This document shows positions 19,434-29,013 of a stretch of DNA of 64,000 bases, piece by piece. A program made the position numbers and the translations under genes. The notes under the pieces are model-generated. The model searched no databases. It was not told the origin of the DNA and saw only the letters and a program-made list of their open reading frames with translations. How positions within the stretch are numbered: position 1 is the first letter of the stretch; every line of letters begins with the position of its first letter. This DNA is from an uncultured delta proteobacterium (lineage in GTDB: Bacteria > Desulfobacterota > Binatia > UBA9968), in NCBI GenBank assembly GCA_963745035.1, contig CAVUVW010000010.1, positions 64,001-128,000 of the forward strand, written 5' to 3'.

Positions 19434-20315
19434 TCATTTCTTCTGAACCGGGAAATAGCGTTCCAGCCAGTCGGCGACGATGCGTGTCAAGCGCTGATTC
19501 TCTTCGCTGAAGGTAAAATGATCGACATCCGACAGCAAATGAAGTTCCGCCGGTTGCCGGGCGCGTTTGAACATTTCGATCGACTCGTACGTTGGTGTGA
19601 CCGAATCGTTTGCGCTGTGCAGCAAGAGCACGGGACGCGGTGAAATATTGCCGATCTGGTCGTCGGCGCGGAAGTCGTTCATGCTCTGTGCGGTCTCGGC
19701 GGGAAATTCCATGATCGAGCCGCTGCTCATGCGATTGCGCAGTTTCTCCGGGATCGGCACGATGTCGTAGCGCGGCACCATGAGCGACTTGCCGGTGCGC
19801 TCGCGATGGCGTTTTCCCTCTTCGAGCATGTTGGTGAATTTTGCCCACGCTTCGGGAGTCGGATGCTGGCCGCGGAACTTCCGCTCGCCGTCGCCCCAAC
19901 CGCCGCAAGAGATTACTGCGGCCACCCGACTGTCCGCTCCTCCGGTGTAAACCGCGACCGCCGCTCCGAAGCTGCTGCCGACCAGGGCGATGCGTTGCGG
20001 GTCCACTTCCGGGCGCGCAGCCATGTAGGAGATTGCGTTGCGCGTGTCGGCGACCTGATCGAGGCAAATAATTCTGCCGTGCTCCCCCTCGCTGTCGCCG
20101 CAACCGCGAAAATCAATGCGCAAAGTCACGTAGCCCCATTGGACGAATTGCTTCGCCACAACGGCCTGGCCGTGGCCGTCCTTATTGCCGCCGAAGCCGT
20201 GCAGGACGATAAACGCCGGCCGGCGCTCGCCGGGCTTGTAGTCCGCAGGAACGTCGACGAGGCCGGCGATCCTAAGTCCGTCGGATTGAAAATTTATTTT
20301 CTCTTCCATAGTCAT
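19434..20315 (-). CDS. Alpha/beta-fold hydrolase
   Basis: LHGFGG, DFRGCGDSEG, GSSFGA nucleophile elbow, HSANDSV, DH; ATGA overlap with upstream SBP gene. Confidence 0.9.
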   Translation of the reverse strand: MTMEEKINFQSDGLRIAGLVDVPADYKPGERRPAFIVLHGFGGNKDGHGQAVVAKQFVQWGYVTLRIDFRGCGDSEGEHGRIICLDQVADTRNAISYMAARPEVDPQRIALVGSSFGAAVAVYTGGADSRVAAVISCGGWGDGERKFRGQHPTPEAWAKFTNMLEEGKRHRERTGKSLMVPRYDIVPIPEKLRNRMSSGSIMEFPAETAQSMNDFRADDQIGNISPRPVLLLHSANDSVTPTYESIEMFKRARQPAELHLLSDVDHFTFSEENQRLTRIVADWLERYFPVQKK

Positions 20316-21360
20316 GGCCCCTTTGTTTGGCTGGTCACAAGCCGGCGGCCCCAAAGCTCCTTCAAAAAGCCGCTTCTGTCCAACTGTTCGGCAAAGCTGT
20401 TATCGACGATCTCCGCGGGCGTTCGGCGGAGTTGCGTGCCTTCCTCCCGTGCTGTCTCGACCGCTTGCGCAACGGCCTGCGCCGGGACGATCAGGCGCCG
20501 GTTGACCAGTAGCTTGGCATAGGCATCGTAGGCGGACTGCAAGACTTCCTGATCGTTGATGCTCAGAACCTTCGACAGCGCGGCTTTGCCCTTTTCCGGA
20601 TTCATCTCGAGGAAATGAACCGATTCGGCGAGTGCGGCGACAAGTCGCTGCACGAGCAACTGGCGCTCTTTCAAGCCTTTCGCATTGGTGAACAGCGAGC
20701 TGTAAATCGATGGCACGCCGAGATCGTGCAAGTTGTAGATCAGCGGGAATCCGTCGCGCTTGGCGCGCACGTCCATGGGCGGCGTCAGAAACGTCGCCTG
20801 GGTGAGTCCTTGCACCATGGCGTTGTACGGCTCCAACTGGCCGGTGCCGCCGATATGAATGAGCTTCACGTCTTGGGTCGTCAAATTGAATTTCTTCATC
20901 ACCAACTTTGCCAGCTGGTCGGTGAGGCCGCCGGGACGCGACAATGCGATGCTCTTGCCCTTGAGATCCTGAGGCCGGCGAATGTCCTTCCGGCCGACCA
21001 AAACCCAAGGTAGACCGACGATGGGCGATCCGATCAACTTGGCGTCCGCGCCGGCAGCCATGCGCGGGATCATCGGATCGGCGGAGCAATAGATGAATTG
21101 AATCTCGTCCGCCGACAACGCGGCGAGACTGACAACGCCGCCGCGCAAGGTTACGTGTTCGACTTTGACGCCGTACTTGTCGAATAGCCCGTTGTAAAGC
21201 GCACTATAAAAATGAATGAACCCGCCGGTAATCGAGCAGGTGCCGACGCGCGCCGAGATCGGCAGCTTCGCCGGGTTTGGGCATGAAAGGGTTGGCGTGG
21301 ACGGCGCCGCTTAGGAAAATTGAAATCGCAGCGACAAGAAGATGTCTGTGGTATCCAGCG
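20312..21360 (-). CDS. ABC substrate-binding protein, SsuA/THI5/NMT1-like (start uncertain, frameshift near 21270)
   Basis: GLFDKYGVKVE, LKGKSIALSRPGG; signal-peptide-like RHLLVAAISIFLSGAVHA lies upstream in another frame. Confidence 0.75.
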
Positions 21361-21378
21361 CGCCGTAATCCGAATATT

Positions 21379-21480
21379 CCTTCCCCCTCGACGGGGGAAG
21401 GTTAGGATGGGGGTGACGAAGTGGCGCAAATTTGAGGGACATTCCACCCCTCTAACTCTCCCCTGTCGAGGGTGAGAGGA
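21379..21480. repeat. CCCCC/GGGGG-rich paired palindromic element
   Basis: ccttccccctcgacgggggaaggttaggatgggggtga ... cacccctctaactctcccctgtcgagggtgagagg. Confidence 0.7.
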
Positions 21481-21532
21481 TCGGAGTAGGGGAGCGAGAA
21501 GCGTCATTGCTGCCTCACAATGTTCTTCGAGG

Positions 21533-22756
21533 TCATGCCCACGGGCCGGAGAATGCTTCTCCAAGATATGCGTTGACGTCGTGTTCCAGCGTTTCCGGCC
21601 ATTCGTTCAGTTTGCGCGGTCGTCTCATGTCTTTCGGCCGCGATTTTCCATCCCAGCCGATCTGCTCCATCGCGTAGTAAAGCTGGATCGTGTGGCCGTC
21701 GGGGTCGCGCACCGTGGCGGAGTATTCGATGCCGGGGTGGAGCTCGTGCGGCAGCGCTTCGGCGACTTCCACGCCGTGGTCGCGGAAGAACTTGACCGCG
21801 TCTCTTAGCTGGCGGTAGTTCGCGAGTTGCAGGCCGAAGGCGCCGCACTTCGAGTGCGCGCTTAAACCGAGAGGCTCGCGTAAGTTAAGCGGCAACAGGC
21901 CGACCGAGTGATGCTCGGTATTGGCGCGCAGGAACAAGCAGCGCTCGCCGCGCCAGAGCACTTCTTCGGTCAACGTGAAGCCCAGCGTGTCGCGATAAAA
22001 CGCCGCGGCCGTATCGAGATTTTCCGTGAAAAGATAGACCGGGCCGAGCCTGACGATCTTGAAAGGGCGGGGCAGCAGCACGCCGTCCACGTCGTAACTT
22101 GCCGGAAGCTTATCGACGTGGCGATAGCCGGAAAAAATATCGATGCCCTTGGCGCGCGCCTGCTCGACTTCATCGAATTCCGCGATCTGCGGCAGCTCGG
22201 GCGGTTTGTCGAAGCCGCGATCGTACATCGCGCGCGGCTTGCTGTGGCCGTTCCAGCCGATCTGCTCGATGCCATAGTAAAGCTCGTTACTCTGGCCGTC
22301 GGGATCGTACAAATACGTGTGCCAGTTCGATCCCGGCATATCGCGGCCGGAACGCTGCTGTTTGATGCCGCGTTCGTTGAACCATTGGATCGCATTACCG
22401 ACTTCAGCCAGGCTGCCGACTTGCCAGGTGATCTGATTGACGGTGATGCCCGGCTGTTCACTGCGGCCGAGCGCGTCGCGCACGCGTTTGGGAAAAAGCA
22501 CCATAGCGTGATGATCCGTGCCGTAACGGGTGAAATATCCGTTGGGGTCGCCGAGGCCGGCTACCTGCGCCGGGTCCTTGGCGCGGCGCGAGTAGTCCAT
22601 CACGTCGGAAATGCGAAAGCCGAGGAGATCGACGTAAAAATGCACGCCGGCTTCCATGTTACTGAGGTTGAAACCGAAGTGGCCGAGCCGCCGGATCTTG
22701 AAGGGCTGGTTTAAGAGCACGCCGCCCACGTTGAATTTGGCTTGGGTCGCAGACAT
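21533..22756 (-). CDS. Tandem VOC/glyoxalase-domain protein (extradiol dioxygenase-like)
   Basis: Two repeats: RRLGHFG..FYVDLLGF..DHH..YDPDGQSNEL and RLGPV..FYRDTLGF..EHH..RDPDGHTIQL. Confidence 0.85.
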   Translation of the reverse strand: MSATQAKFNVGGVLLNQPFKIRRLGHFGFNLSNMEAGVHFYVDLLGFRISDVMDYSRRAKDPAQVAGLGDPNGYFTRYGTDHHAMVLFPKRVRDALGRSEQPGITVNQITWQVGSLAEVGNAIQWFNERGIKQQRSGRDMPGSNWHTYLYDPDGQSNELYYGIEQIGWNGHSKPRAMYDRGFDKPPELPQIAEFDEVEQARAKGIDIFSGYRHVDKLPASYDVDGVLLPRPFKIVRLGPVYLFTENLDTAAAFYRDTLGFTLTEEVLWRGERCLFLRANTEHHSVGLLPLNLREPLGLSAHSKCGAFGLQLANYRQLRDAVKFFRDHGVEVAEALPHELHPGIEYSATVRDPDGHTIQLYYAMEQIGWDGKSRPKDMRRPRKLNEWPETLEHDVNAYLGEAFSGPWA

Positions 22757-22916
22757 CGAGCACCTCCGCGGTGATCCGGCCTCTCTATACAATCTTTCGT
22801 GCGTGGTCACAACGTGGTTCTGACATTTAACTTGCATGTGCCGTATTGCTGGTCTATCAATAGTCTTGCTCGCAGGTGGCGGTACACCTTTCATTATCCG
22901 ACGACAGGAGGTCTCG

Positions 22917-23777
22917 ATGGCGTTACAAGAACTTCATTCCAATCGCAAAATCTATTGGCCGGGCGATGCGCGCATCGCGGTGTTTTTGAGCTTCGATTTC
23001 CAAGGCGGCGAGGACGTGCGGCCGGACAAGAACGGCAGGATGAACCACGAAGAATATACTCAGGCCGAATACGGTCCGAAAACCGGCATCTACCGGATTT
23101 TGCGCATCCTGGCTGCGCACGAGGTCAAGGCGACGTTCTTGACCTGCGGCGGCATCGCCGAACGTTATCCCGAAGCCGTCGCGCAAATCGTCGCTCAGGG
23201 ACATGAAGTCGCGGGCCACGGATATCATCATGAGGTGGCGCGCGATCTCAGCAAAGACGAAGAGCGCGACGTGATCAAGCGCACGACGGATATGATTTAC
23301 AATCGGGCGCAGAAGCGGCCCTTCGGCTGGCGTTCCTGCACGCAAAGTCCGAATAGCCTGGAGCTGCTGCTCGATCAGGCGTATTTGTGGAACAGCAATT
23401 CATTTTCCTACGATCTGCCGTTCGTCTGGCAGAACGGCAAGAAAAAACTCGTCGAATTGCCGCGGCAGCCCTTCGGCGATGGGCGCACTTACGGCCATCG
23501 TGATTCCGGCAACCCCAACGATACGCTGGTGATCTGGAAGGGCATGTTCGATCAATTCTACGAAGAGTCGAGCAGCGCGCCGACCTTTTGCCCGTTCCAG
23601 TTTCATCCGTATATTTCGAGCCGGCCGGGCCGTGCGAAAATCTTCTCCGAGATCATCGGCTACATGAAATCACACAAAGGTGTGTGGTTCGCCACCGGCA
23701 GCGAAGTGGCGCATTGGTGGCTGGAGAAGGAATTCTCCGTGGAGCCGGCGCGGGAGCGGGTATCGAAAGTGGCGTAA
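22917..23777 (+). CDS. Polysaccharide deacetylase family (PuuE allantoinase-like)
   Basis: WPGDARIAVFLSFDF, EYG...G..RIL, GHEVAGHGYHH, FHPYISSRPGR, GVWFAT. Confidence 0.88.
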   Translation: MALQELHSNRKIYWPGDARIAVFLSFDFQGGEDVRPDKNGRMNHEEYTQAEYGPKTGIYRILRILAAHEVKATFLTCGGIAERYPEAVAQIVAQGHEVAGHGYHHEVARDLSKDEERDVIKRTTDMIYNRAQKRPFGWRSCTQSPNSLELLLDQAYLWNSNSFSYDLPFVWQNGKKKLVELPRQPFGDGRTYGHRDSGNPNDTLVIWKGMFDQFYEESSSAPTFCPFQFHPYISSRPGRAKIFSEIIGYMKSHKGVWFATGSEVAHWWLEKEFSVEPARERVSKVA

Positions 23778-23785
23778 CAAAGATC

Positions 23786-23860
23786 GGGTACTGGAGTATT
23801 GGAGTGATGGAGTGTTGGGTGGGAAGCAATACTCCACTACTCCATTACTCCAACACTCCA
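23786..23860. repeat. Inverted arrays of 8-nt tandem repeats (TGGAGTNN / NNACTCCA) between convergent genes
   Basis: ctggagtattggagtgatggagtgttgg ... caatactccactactccattactccaacactcca. Confidence 0.85.
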
Positions 23861-23864
23861 CGCC

Positions 23865-24401
23865 TTATGACCTGAACCAGTAGCGAATTCTTTTTCTCAT
23901 TCCCCGTCCCATCCGCCTTTTTAGCTCGAACCAGATCCGCAAGAACCAGTTGCGCGAAAACCACGCGAAGGATGTCGAGGTGGTGATCCATTGGTGGTTG
24001 AATTCGAAAGCTGTTTTGAACTTGCGGATCTGCAGAGTTTTGCCGAACTTGCGCTTGAAGATCGCTTTCACGCTGACGGCGTTGCGGGTCTCGACGAAGA
24101 CCGTGATCGTTTCCACCGGCACGATGGCGCGCACGCGGGCGATTTTTTGCGCCAGCCCGACTTCATTCTTGGCGCTGACCTCGACGATATTTCCTAAAAG
24201 CTCCGGCTCCTGAATCGTGGCTTCGACGATTTCCCGGCGCAGTTTGATCTCCTCGCCATGATCGAGATCGTAGCCGGCCAGCACGAAATAGGTTTTGTGC
24301 TTGGTCGTCTGCATCGACTTCTGCCACCAGTCGAGCGCCCGTTCCAAGCTTGTGCGCGATGCATGGGAGAGCCGCCGCGGGTCCAAGATCCCGTAGGGCA
24401 T
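23865..24401 (-). CDS. Hypothetical protein (weak DUF218/YdcF-like pattern)
   Basis: Fills the gap directly downstream of DUF1989; basic/aromatic C-terminus; start uncertain. Confidence 0.6.
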   Translation of the reverse strand: MPYGILDPRRLSHASRTSLERALDWWQKSMQTTKHKTYFVLAGYDLDHGEEIKLRREIVEATIQEPELLGNIVEVSAKNEVGLAQKIARVRAIVPVETITVFVETRNAVSVKAIFKRKFGKTLQIRKFKTAFEFNHQWITTSTSFAWFSRNWFLRIWFELKRRMGRGMRKRIRYWFRS

Positions 24402-24455
24402 GGCGACGATGACGATGGAAATGGCGCAATACTCCTTGCCGACGAGACTTGGCGA

Positions 24456-25088
24456 TCAGGGCTGGTAGATCATGGCGTCGACGGATTTGCCGCCGACCGC
24501 GAGATCCGGGCATGCGCTGAGCGCCACCAGCAAATCCATTTCGGCGCGGATGTCCATGTAGTTGCCTTCGGGCGGGCGGACCTGGGTGTGTTCCATCTTT
24601 CCGGTGGCGCCGTCGATCTTCATGTGCTGATTCAAATTAAACGGGCTCGGGATGTCTTCGGGAATGATGCCGTATGGCGCCAGCGCCTTGGACAGATTCT
24701 CGTAGCAGCCGTGGTCGGGAATCTCCGCGATCGCGCGCGGATAATATTCCGCCAGGCGGTTTTCCTGTTGCGCCAGGCGAAAGCGATAGCCGCTGCACAT
24801 GCCTTTTTGCAGATCGTGGGTGCCGGTCTTGTTGCCGTCATAGACGATCGTCATCATGTGCTGGTTGTCGCGCCCCATGAGCTTGTGACCGGCGGTGACG
24901 AAGAGCGTCATGTTGTAGACTTTGGTGCGCGCCTGATCGAAGCGCTCGCGCAGGTTCTGAAGCTTGAAGAAGACGAAATCCACCGTGGTCGTGGCGGTGA
25001 TCCGAATCACTTGGCCTTGTTTCATCTCCGCCGACCAGCCGGTGTTGTGCGCCACGTGGGACTGGCAAATGGTATTCATCGCAATCAC
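24456..25088 (-). CDS. DUF1989 (urea carboxylase-associated/CgdAB-like) protein
   Basis: ERFDQARTK, HDLQKGMCS, HGCYENL, PSPFNL, IRAEMDLLVALSACP. Confidence 0.88.
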   Translation of the reverse strand: MIAMNTICQSHVAHNTGWSAEMKQGQVIRITATTTVDFVFFKLQNLRERFDQARTKVYNMTLFVTAGHKLMGRDNQHMMTIVYDGNKTGTHDLQKGMCSGYRFRLAQQENRLAEYYPRAIAEIPDHGCYENLSKALAPYGIIPEDIPSPFNLNQHMKIDGATGKMEHTQVRPPEGNYMDIRAEMDLLVALSACPDLAVGGKSVDAMIYQP

Positions 25089-25102
25089 CCTTTCTATTTC
25101 AG

Positions 25103-26125
25103 CTAACGATTCTTGTAGAGCGCGTCGACATAGCCGCTGTTCACCAGCTCGCGGATGAAGCGCGACTCGGTGAAGCGCTGCGGCGCCACTCCTGCAGGGA
25201 GGGGGCGGCTGGCGGAAATCTCTTCGAGAATGGTCTGGATCGCCGCCGGCGTGGCTTCGGGAGCGCGCTTGAAATACTTGGCCGCGTAGAGCTCGTAGAT
25301 CTTTTCCGTCGCCGGCGTGGTTTTTTGTTTGGTGTATTTCTCCAGCACCGCGAGGGCGGCGGCTTTGTCGGTTTTGAAGCGGTGAATGCCTTCGACGTAG
25401 GCCTTCATGAAGCGCGCGACCAATTCGGGCTGGCTCTTGAGGAATGACTGGCGTGCCGCGAACGGGCCGAAGGGATAGACCAAGCCCGACGCCGATACGT
25501 CGGCAAGCCTCGAATAGCCGGCCGCTTCGGCGTTGAGCGTCTCCGGCCCGGTGGAAAGAACCCCGCTCTGCACCGATCCGCCTTTTAGCGCGGCGAACAC
25601 TTGCGGGCCGGAGCCCGTTTGAAAAATGGCGACGTCTTTATCGGGGTGCAGGTTCCATTTCTTGAGCAGATAACGGGCGACGAAATCGGTGGTCGCGCCA
25701 ATGCGGCTGACGCCGAGCCGGGTTCCTTTGAGCTGGGCCGGCTCCTTGATGTGGGCAAGCGACCAGAGTTCGAAGGGCAGCGAGTCGATGCTGGCGCCGA
25801 GCAGCACCACGTCGGAGCCCTGCAAGTTGGCGGCAACGGTGGCGCCGGCGGCGGTAAAAGAAATCGAAACATCGCCGGCGATCAGTGCCTGCAGCGAGGG
25901 CGGCCCGCCGGCGATGTAAATGAACTCGGGTTCGATATTGTACTTCTTGAATATTCCCGCATCATTGGTCAGCCACAGCGGGCCGTAAACCACGGCAATG
26001 GAAGTATACGCAATGCGCAGAGATTCAGCCCCGGCGGGAAGCGCGGGAACGAGCAGCGCCGCGACGGTCAGCCAGCGCGCGATGCCGAGCTTGGCGCGCC
26101 GAAAAAGAGCTGAAAAAAATCGCAT
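25103..26125 (-). CDS. ABC substrate-binding protein, SsuA/THI5/NMT1-like
   Basis: Signal peptide, GIFKKYNIEPE, LKGTRLGVSRIGA. Confidence 0.9.
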   Translation of the reverse strand: MRFFSALFRRAKLGIARWLTVAALLVPALPAGAESLRIAYTSIAVVYGPLWLTNDAGIFKKYNIEPEFIYIAGGPPSLQALIAGDVSISFTAAGATVAANLQGSDVVLLGASIDSLPFELWSLAHIKEPAQLKGTRLGVSRIGATTDFVARYLLKKWNLHPDKDVAIFQTGSGPQVFAALKGGSVQSGVLSTGPETLNAEAAGYSRLADVSASGLVYPFGPFAARQSFLKSQPELVARFMKAYVEGIHRFKTDKAAALAVLEKYTKQKTTPATEKIYELYAAKYFKRAPEATPAAIQTILEEISASRPLPAGVAPQRFTESRFIRELVNSGYVDALYKNR

Positions 26126-26231
26126 GGCCGTTTTCTCGTGAGCAATCTGTAAGTGAGATTGCTCATCCTGTCAAGCAATCCGGCGCCATGACGGCAGCGC
26201 CCGCGCCGAGCAAAAATGAAGCTCTGCGCAT

Positions 26232-26271
26232 AAAAAAGCCTGGACGAAAGCAGTGACGTCCAGGCTTTTTT
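26232..26271. terminator. Rho-independent terminator (symmetric, A- and T-tracts)
   Basis: aaaaaagcctggacg-aaagcagtga-cgtccaggctttttt. Confidence 0.85.
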
Positions 26272-26289
26272 GCGTGCTTGTCGGCGCGC

Positions 26290-27552
26290 TCAGCCGCGGA
26301 AGTATTCTTTGAATCCCGTGACCATGACGTTGGCGAGCCGCTCGTTGTAGCTCTCGACATGGCCGTAATGGGTCAGGTTCGGCACCACGATCAGGCGCAG
26401 CTCTTCAGCGAACGGCTTGAAGCGGTTAAAGGCGTAGACTTCACGGCGAAATTCCAGCCCCCTCTCACCGCCTTCGATCCAGTGGCCTTTGTCGCGCTCG
26501 CCGACGATGTGGAGCAGTTTCTTGCCGCGCAGCCGGCTCAAATCGGATTGGTAGGTGATAAACAATTCCTCATCGGGAAGACCGGAAACTTTTTTGATTT
26601 CCGGCAGCAGCGTGTCGTGGGCGCTGTGCTCGATGTCTTGCAAAAACGGCTTGAACTGCGGCCGGCGGTGATTTTCCAACTCGAACCAGCGCTCCACGTC
26701 GCCCCACGGTTGGTTCGGTCCGACGTAGCCGCTTTTCGCGTAGCCCTTGGGCGATCTGCGGCTCAAGTCGGTCAGATTGCGAAACGGCGCCGCGCGCTCC
26801 TCCGGCGATTTCTCCGCGCAAGCGAGGTCCCATTCTTTGCGCACCCATGCCGGCATGCCGGTGCCGAAGCCGAGACCGCCGATCAATTTGTTTTTCAAGC
26901 CGTGTTGCTCCATCAGATAAAAATACTCGCCGCCCGTCGAATGACCCCACATGAAGATCGATTGCGTGAGATTCTTTTCGACCAGCGCCTTGATCGCTTC
27001 AACGCACATGCGAAAGGTGTAGACCGCGAGGCGATTCTTAAGCTCCGTGTCGCTCGGGATTTCGCCGATGATGAATTCGGGGCGGCGCTCGGCTATCGGC
27101 GGCCAAGGTTTGCGGCTGTAATGGCCCGGCAGCGAGATGGCGAGCATGGGAATGCCGAGCGACGCGATATGCTGCGCGACGCCGACGCGGGCTTTCTCCG
27201 GATCGCTTTTCGTGAGGTCCGGATATTCTTCCGGGCCGTCGGGTGTAAAGATGAATTCGTACTCGTTGGCGGCGCCGCCGTGGATCATGACGACGGCCAT
27301 GTCGGGAATGGAAACGTTGGCCGGTGTGAACAGCCGGCCATGAATATCCCAGGCAAATAATTTGCCGGGCTTTTCAGGGTTGGGGTAACTCTCGATGCGT
27401 TCCTGGACTTCTTTCACCGTGAATGGCGTGCGCGGAAGAGGATCGCGAAGATTTTTGTAGTCCTCGAAGGGCATGTAATAAATGAAATCGTCTTTCAGGC
27501 CGCTGCCGTGCTTCAGCGCTTTGACTAGATTGTCCATTGCTTGTTGGCTCAT
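26290..27552 (-). CDS. Hypothetical alpha/beta-hydrolase-fold protein
   Basis: MIHGGA, GHSTGG elbow, VGERD, THYGH; GGAG RBS before MSQQAMD. Confidence 0.75.
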   Translation of the reverse strand: MSQQAMDNLVKALKHGSGLKDDFIYYMPFEDYKNLRDPLPRTPFTVKEVQERIESYPNPEKPGKLFAWDIHGRLFTPANVSIPDMAVVMIHGGAANEYEFIFTPDGPEEYPDLTKSDPEKARVGVAQHIASLGIPMLAISLPGHYSRKPWPPIAERRPEFIIGEIPSDTELKNRLAVYTFRMCVEAIKALVEKNLTQSIFMWGHSTGGEYFYLMEQHGLKNKLIGGLGFGTGMPAWVRKEWDLACAEKSPEERAAPFRNLTDLSRRSPKGYAKSGYVGPNQPWGDVERWFELENHRRPQFKPFLQDIEHSAHDTLLPEIKKVSGLPDEELFITYQSDLSRLRGKKLLHIVGERDKGHWIEGGERGLEFRREVYAFNRFKPFAEELRLIVVPNLTHYGHVESYNERLANVMVTGFKEYFRG

Positions 27553-27660
27553 TTCGTTCTCCTCATTTCGAATGTCGTTACAGAGATATGCGTTCAGCTC
27601 GATGGATGTCAACTTCCTGAGAAAATCTCTTGCCTCCGGTGAGCATGGCACAGCTCAGAA

Positions 27661-27748
27661 TGTCATTCTGAGTGCGAGTAGCCGAAGAATCTGCTTGTTC
27701 TCGCGGGCCATTCGAAAATGCAGATCTTCGCCAGGCGCTTAGGATGAC
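27661..27748. repeat. TGTCAT...ATGAC palindromic element between divergent genes
   Basis: tgtcattctgagtgcgagtagccgaagaatct ... agatcttcgccaggcgcttaggatgac. Confidence 0.7.
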
Positions 27749-27841
27749 TACCCCTTCGTTAGGGTAGAATGACGGCTCCCAGCTTGATGCTGCGTGCGAA
27801 TCTGAGATAAATAAACCCAAGCACTTCGGCGGAGGTCTTTC

Positions 27842-28943
27842 ATGGCAGAGAACGGCGCGCGCCCTTCCTATGACAAAGTGGATCGTAAAGTGGAGGTGAT
27901 GGACACACCCTACGATCGCTGGATTTCATCCCAGGGGATCGATGTGATCCGCGGGTTTTTCGTCGACAATCTTTACACGGTGCCGCTCAAATGGTGGGAC
28001 CGCATGGGCGGGAACGGCGTGTATATCATGCTCGATGGGACGGGATATCTCGACGATGCGTACGTTGTCGGCATTCCGCCGGGCAAGAACCTCAACCCGC
28101 AGCGGCATATCTACGAGGCGCTCTACTATGTTCTCGACGGCCGCGGCGCGACCAGCGTGTGGCAAAACAACGGCCCCAAGCAGAGCTTCGAGTGGCAAAC
28201 CGGAAGCTTGTTCGCGATCCCGCTCAACGCCCAGTACCAGCATTTCAACGGCCAGGGCGACAAGGAAGCAAGATTGCTGGCGGTCACTACTGCGCCGCTC
28301 GTCTTCAATTTATTCCACTGCGAAGATTTCGTCATCAATAACCCGTATTCCTTCACGGACCGCTTCAAAGGGGAAGAAGGATTCTTCGCGGGCAACGGCA
28401 AGCTCTACAGCGATCGTGTGGTGGAAACGAATTTCGTCGCCGACGCCGATCAACATCGAGCCGGTGGCGTGGACGGAAAGAGGCAAGGGCAACGCCACGA
28501 TCTTTTTCGAGATGTCGGAAAGCATGATGGGCTCCCATGTGTCGCGCTTTCCCGTGGGGATTTACAAGAAGGCGCACCGCCACGGTCCGGGCGCGCACGT
28601 GTTTATTCTTACCGGCAAGGGTTATTCGCTGCTCTGGCCCGAGGGCAAAGAGATGACGCGCGTCGATTGGAAGCCAGGCTCGATCGTGGTACCGCCCGAG
28701 GGGTGGTTCCACCAGCACTTCAATTCGAGCGCCGAGCCTGCGCGATATTTGGCGCTAAAGATTCTCAGCCGCAAGTACAAGCTTCAGCCCGGGAAGATCC
28801 AGTCCGACGTGCCGCTGGCGTATGGCGGGTGGCAGATCGAATATGAGGATGAAGACCCGATCATTCGGAAGATATTCGAGGAGGAATGCGCCAAGTCCGG
28901 CGCCGAAGTGAGGATGCCGCCGATCGAGAGGCGCGCCAATTGA
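27842..28943 (+). CDS. Bicupin protein (gentisate dioxygenase/EutQ-like), frameshift near 28450
   Basis: Cupin 1 QRHIYE..GRG..IPLNAQYQHFN; cupin 2 KAHRHGPGAH..GKG..VPPEGWFHQHFN. Confidence 0.85.
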
Positions 28944-29013
28944 CAAGCCTGAGCGTGTTTTTTAATAATGGTTTATAAGTTGCCTAAAAGGCTCGTTTCT
29001 CCAAGGAGAGAAT

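Noticed and set aside
23786-23860. Possible CRISPR array in the short-repeat tracts (also 16275 and 33618)
   Set aside because: Units are 7-9 nt with no unique spacers, and there are no cas genes
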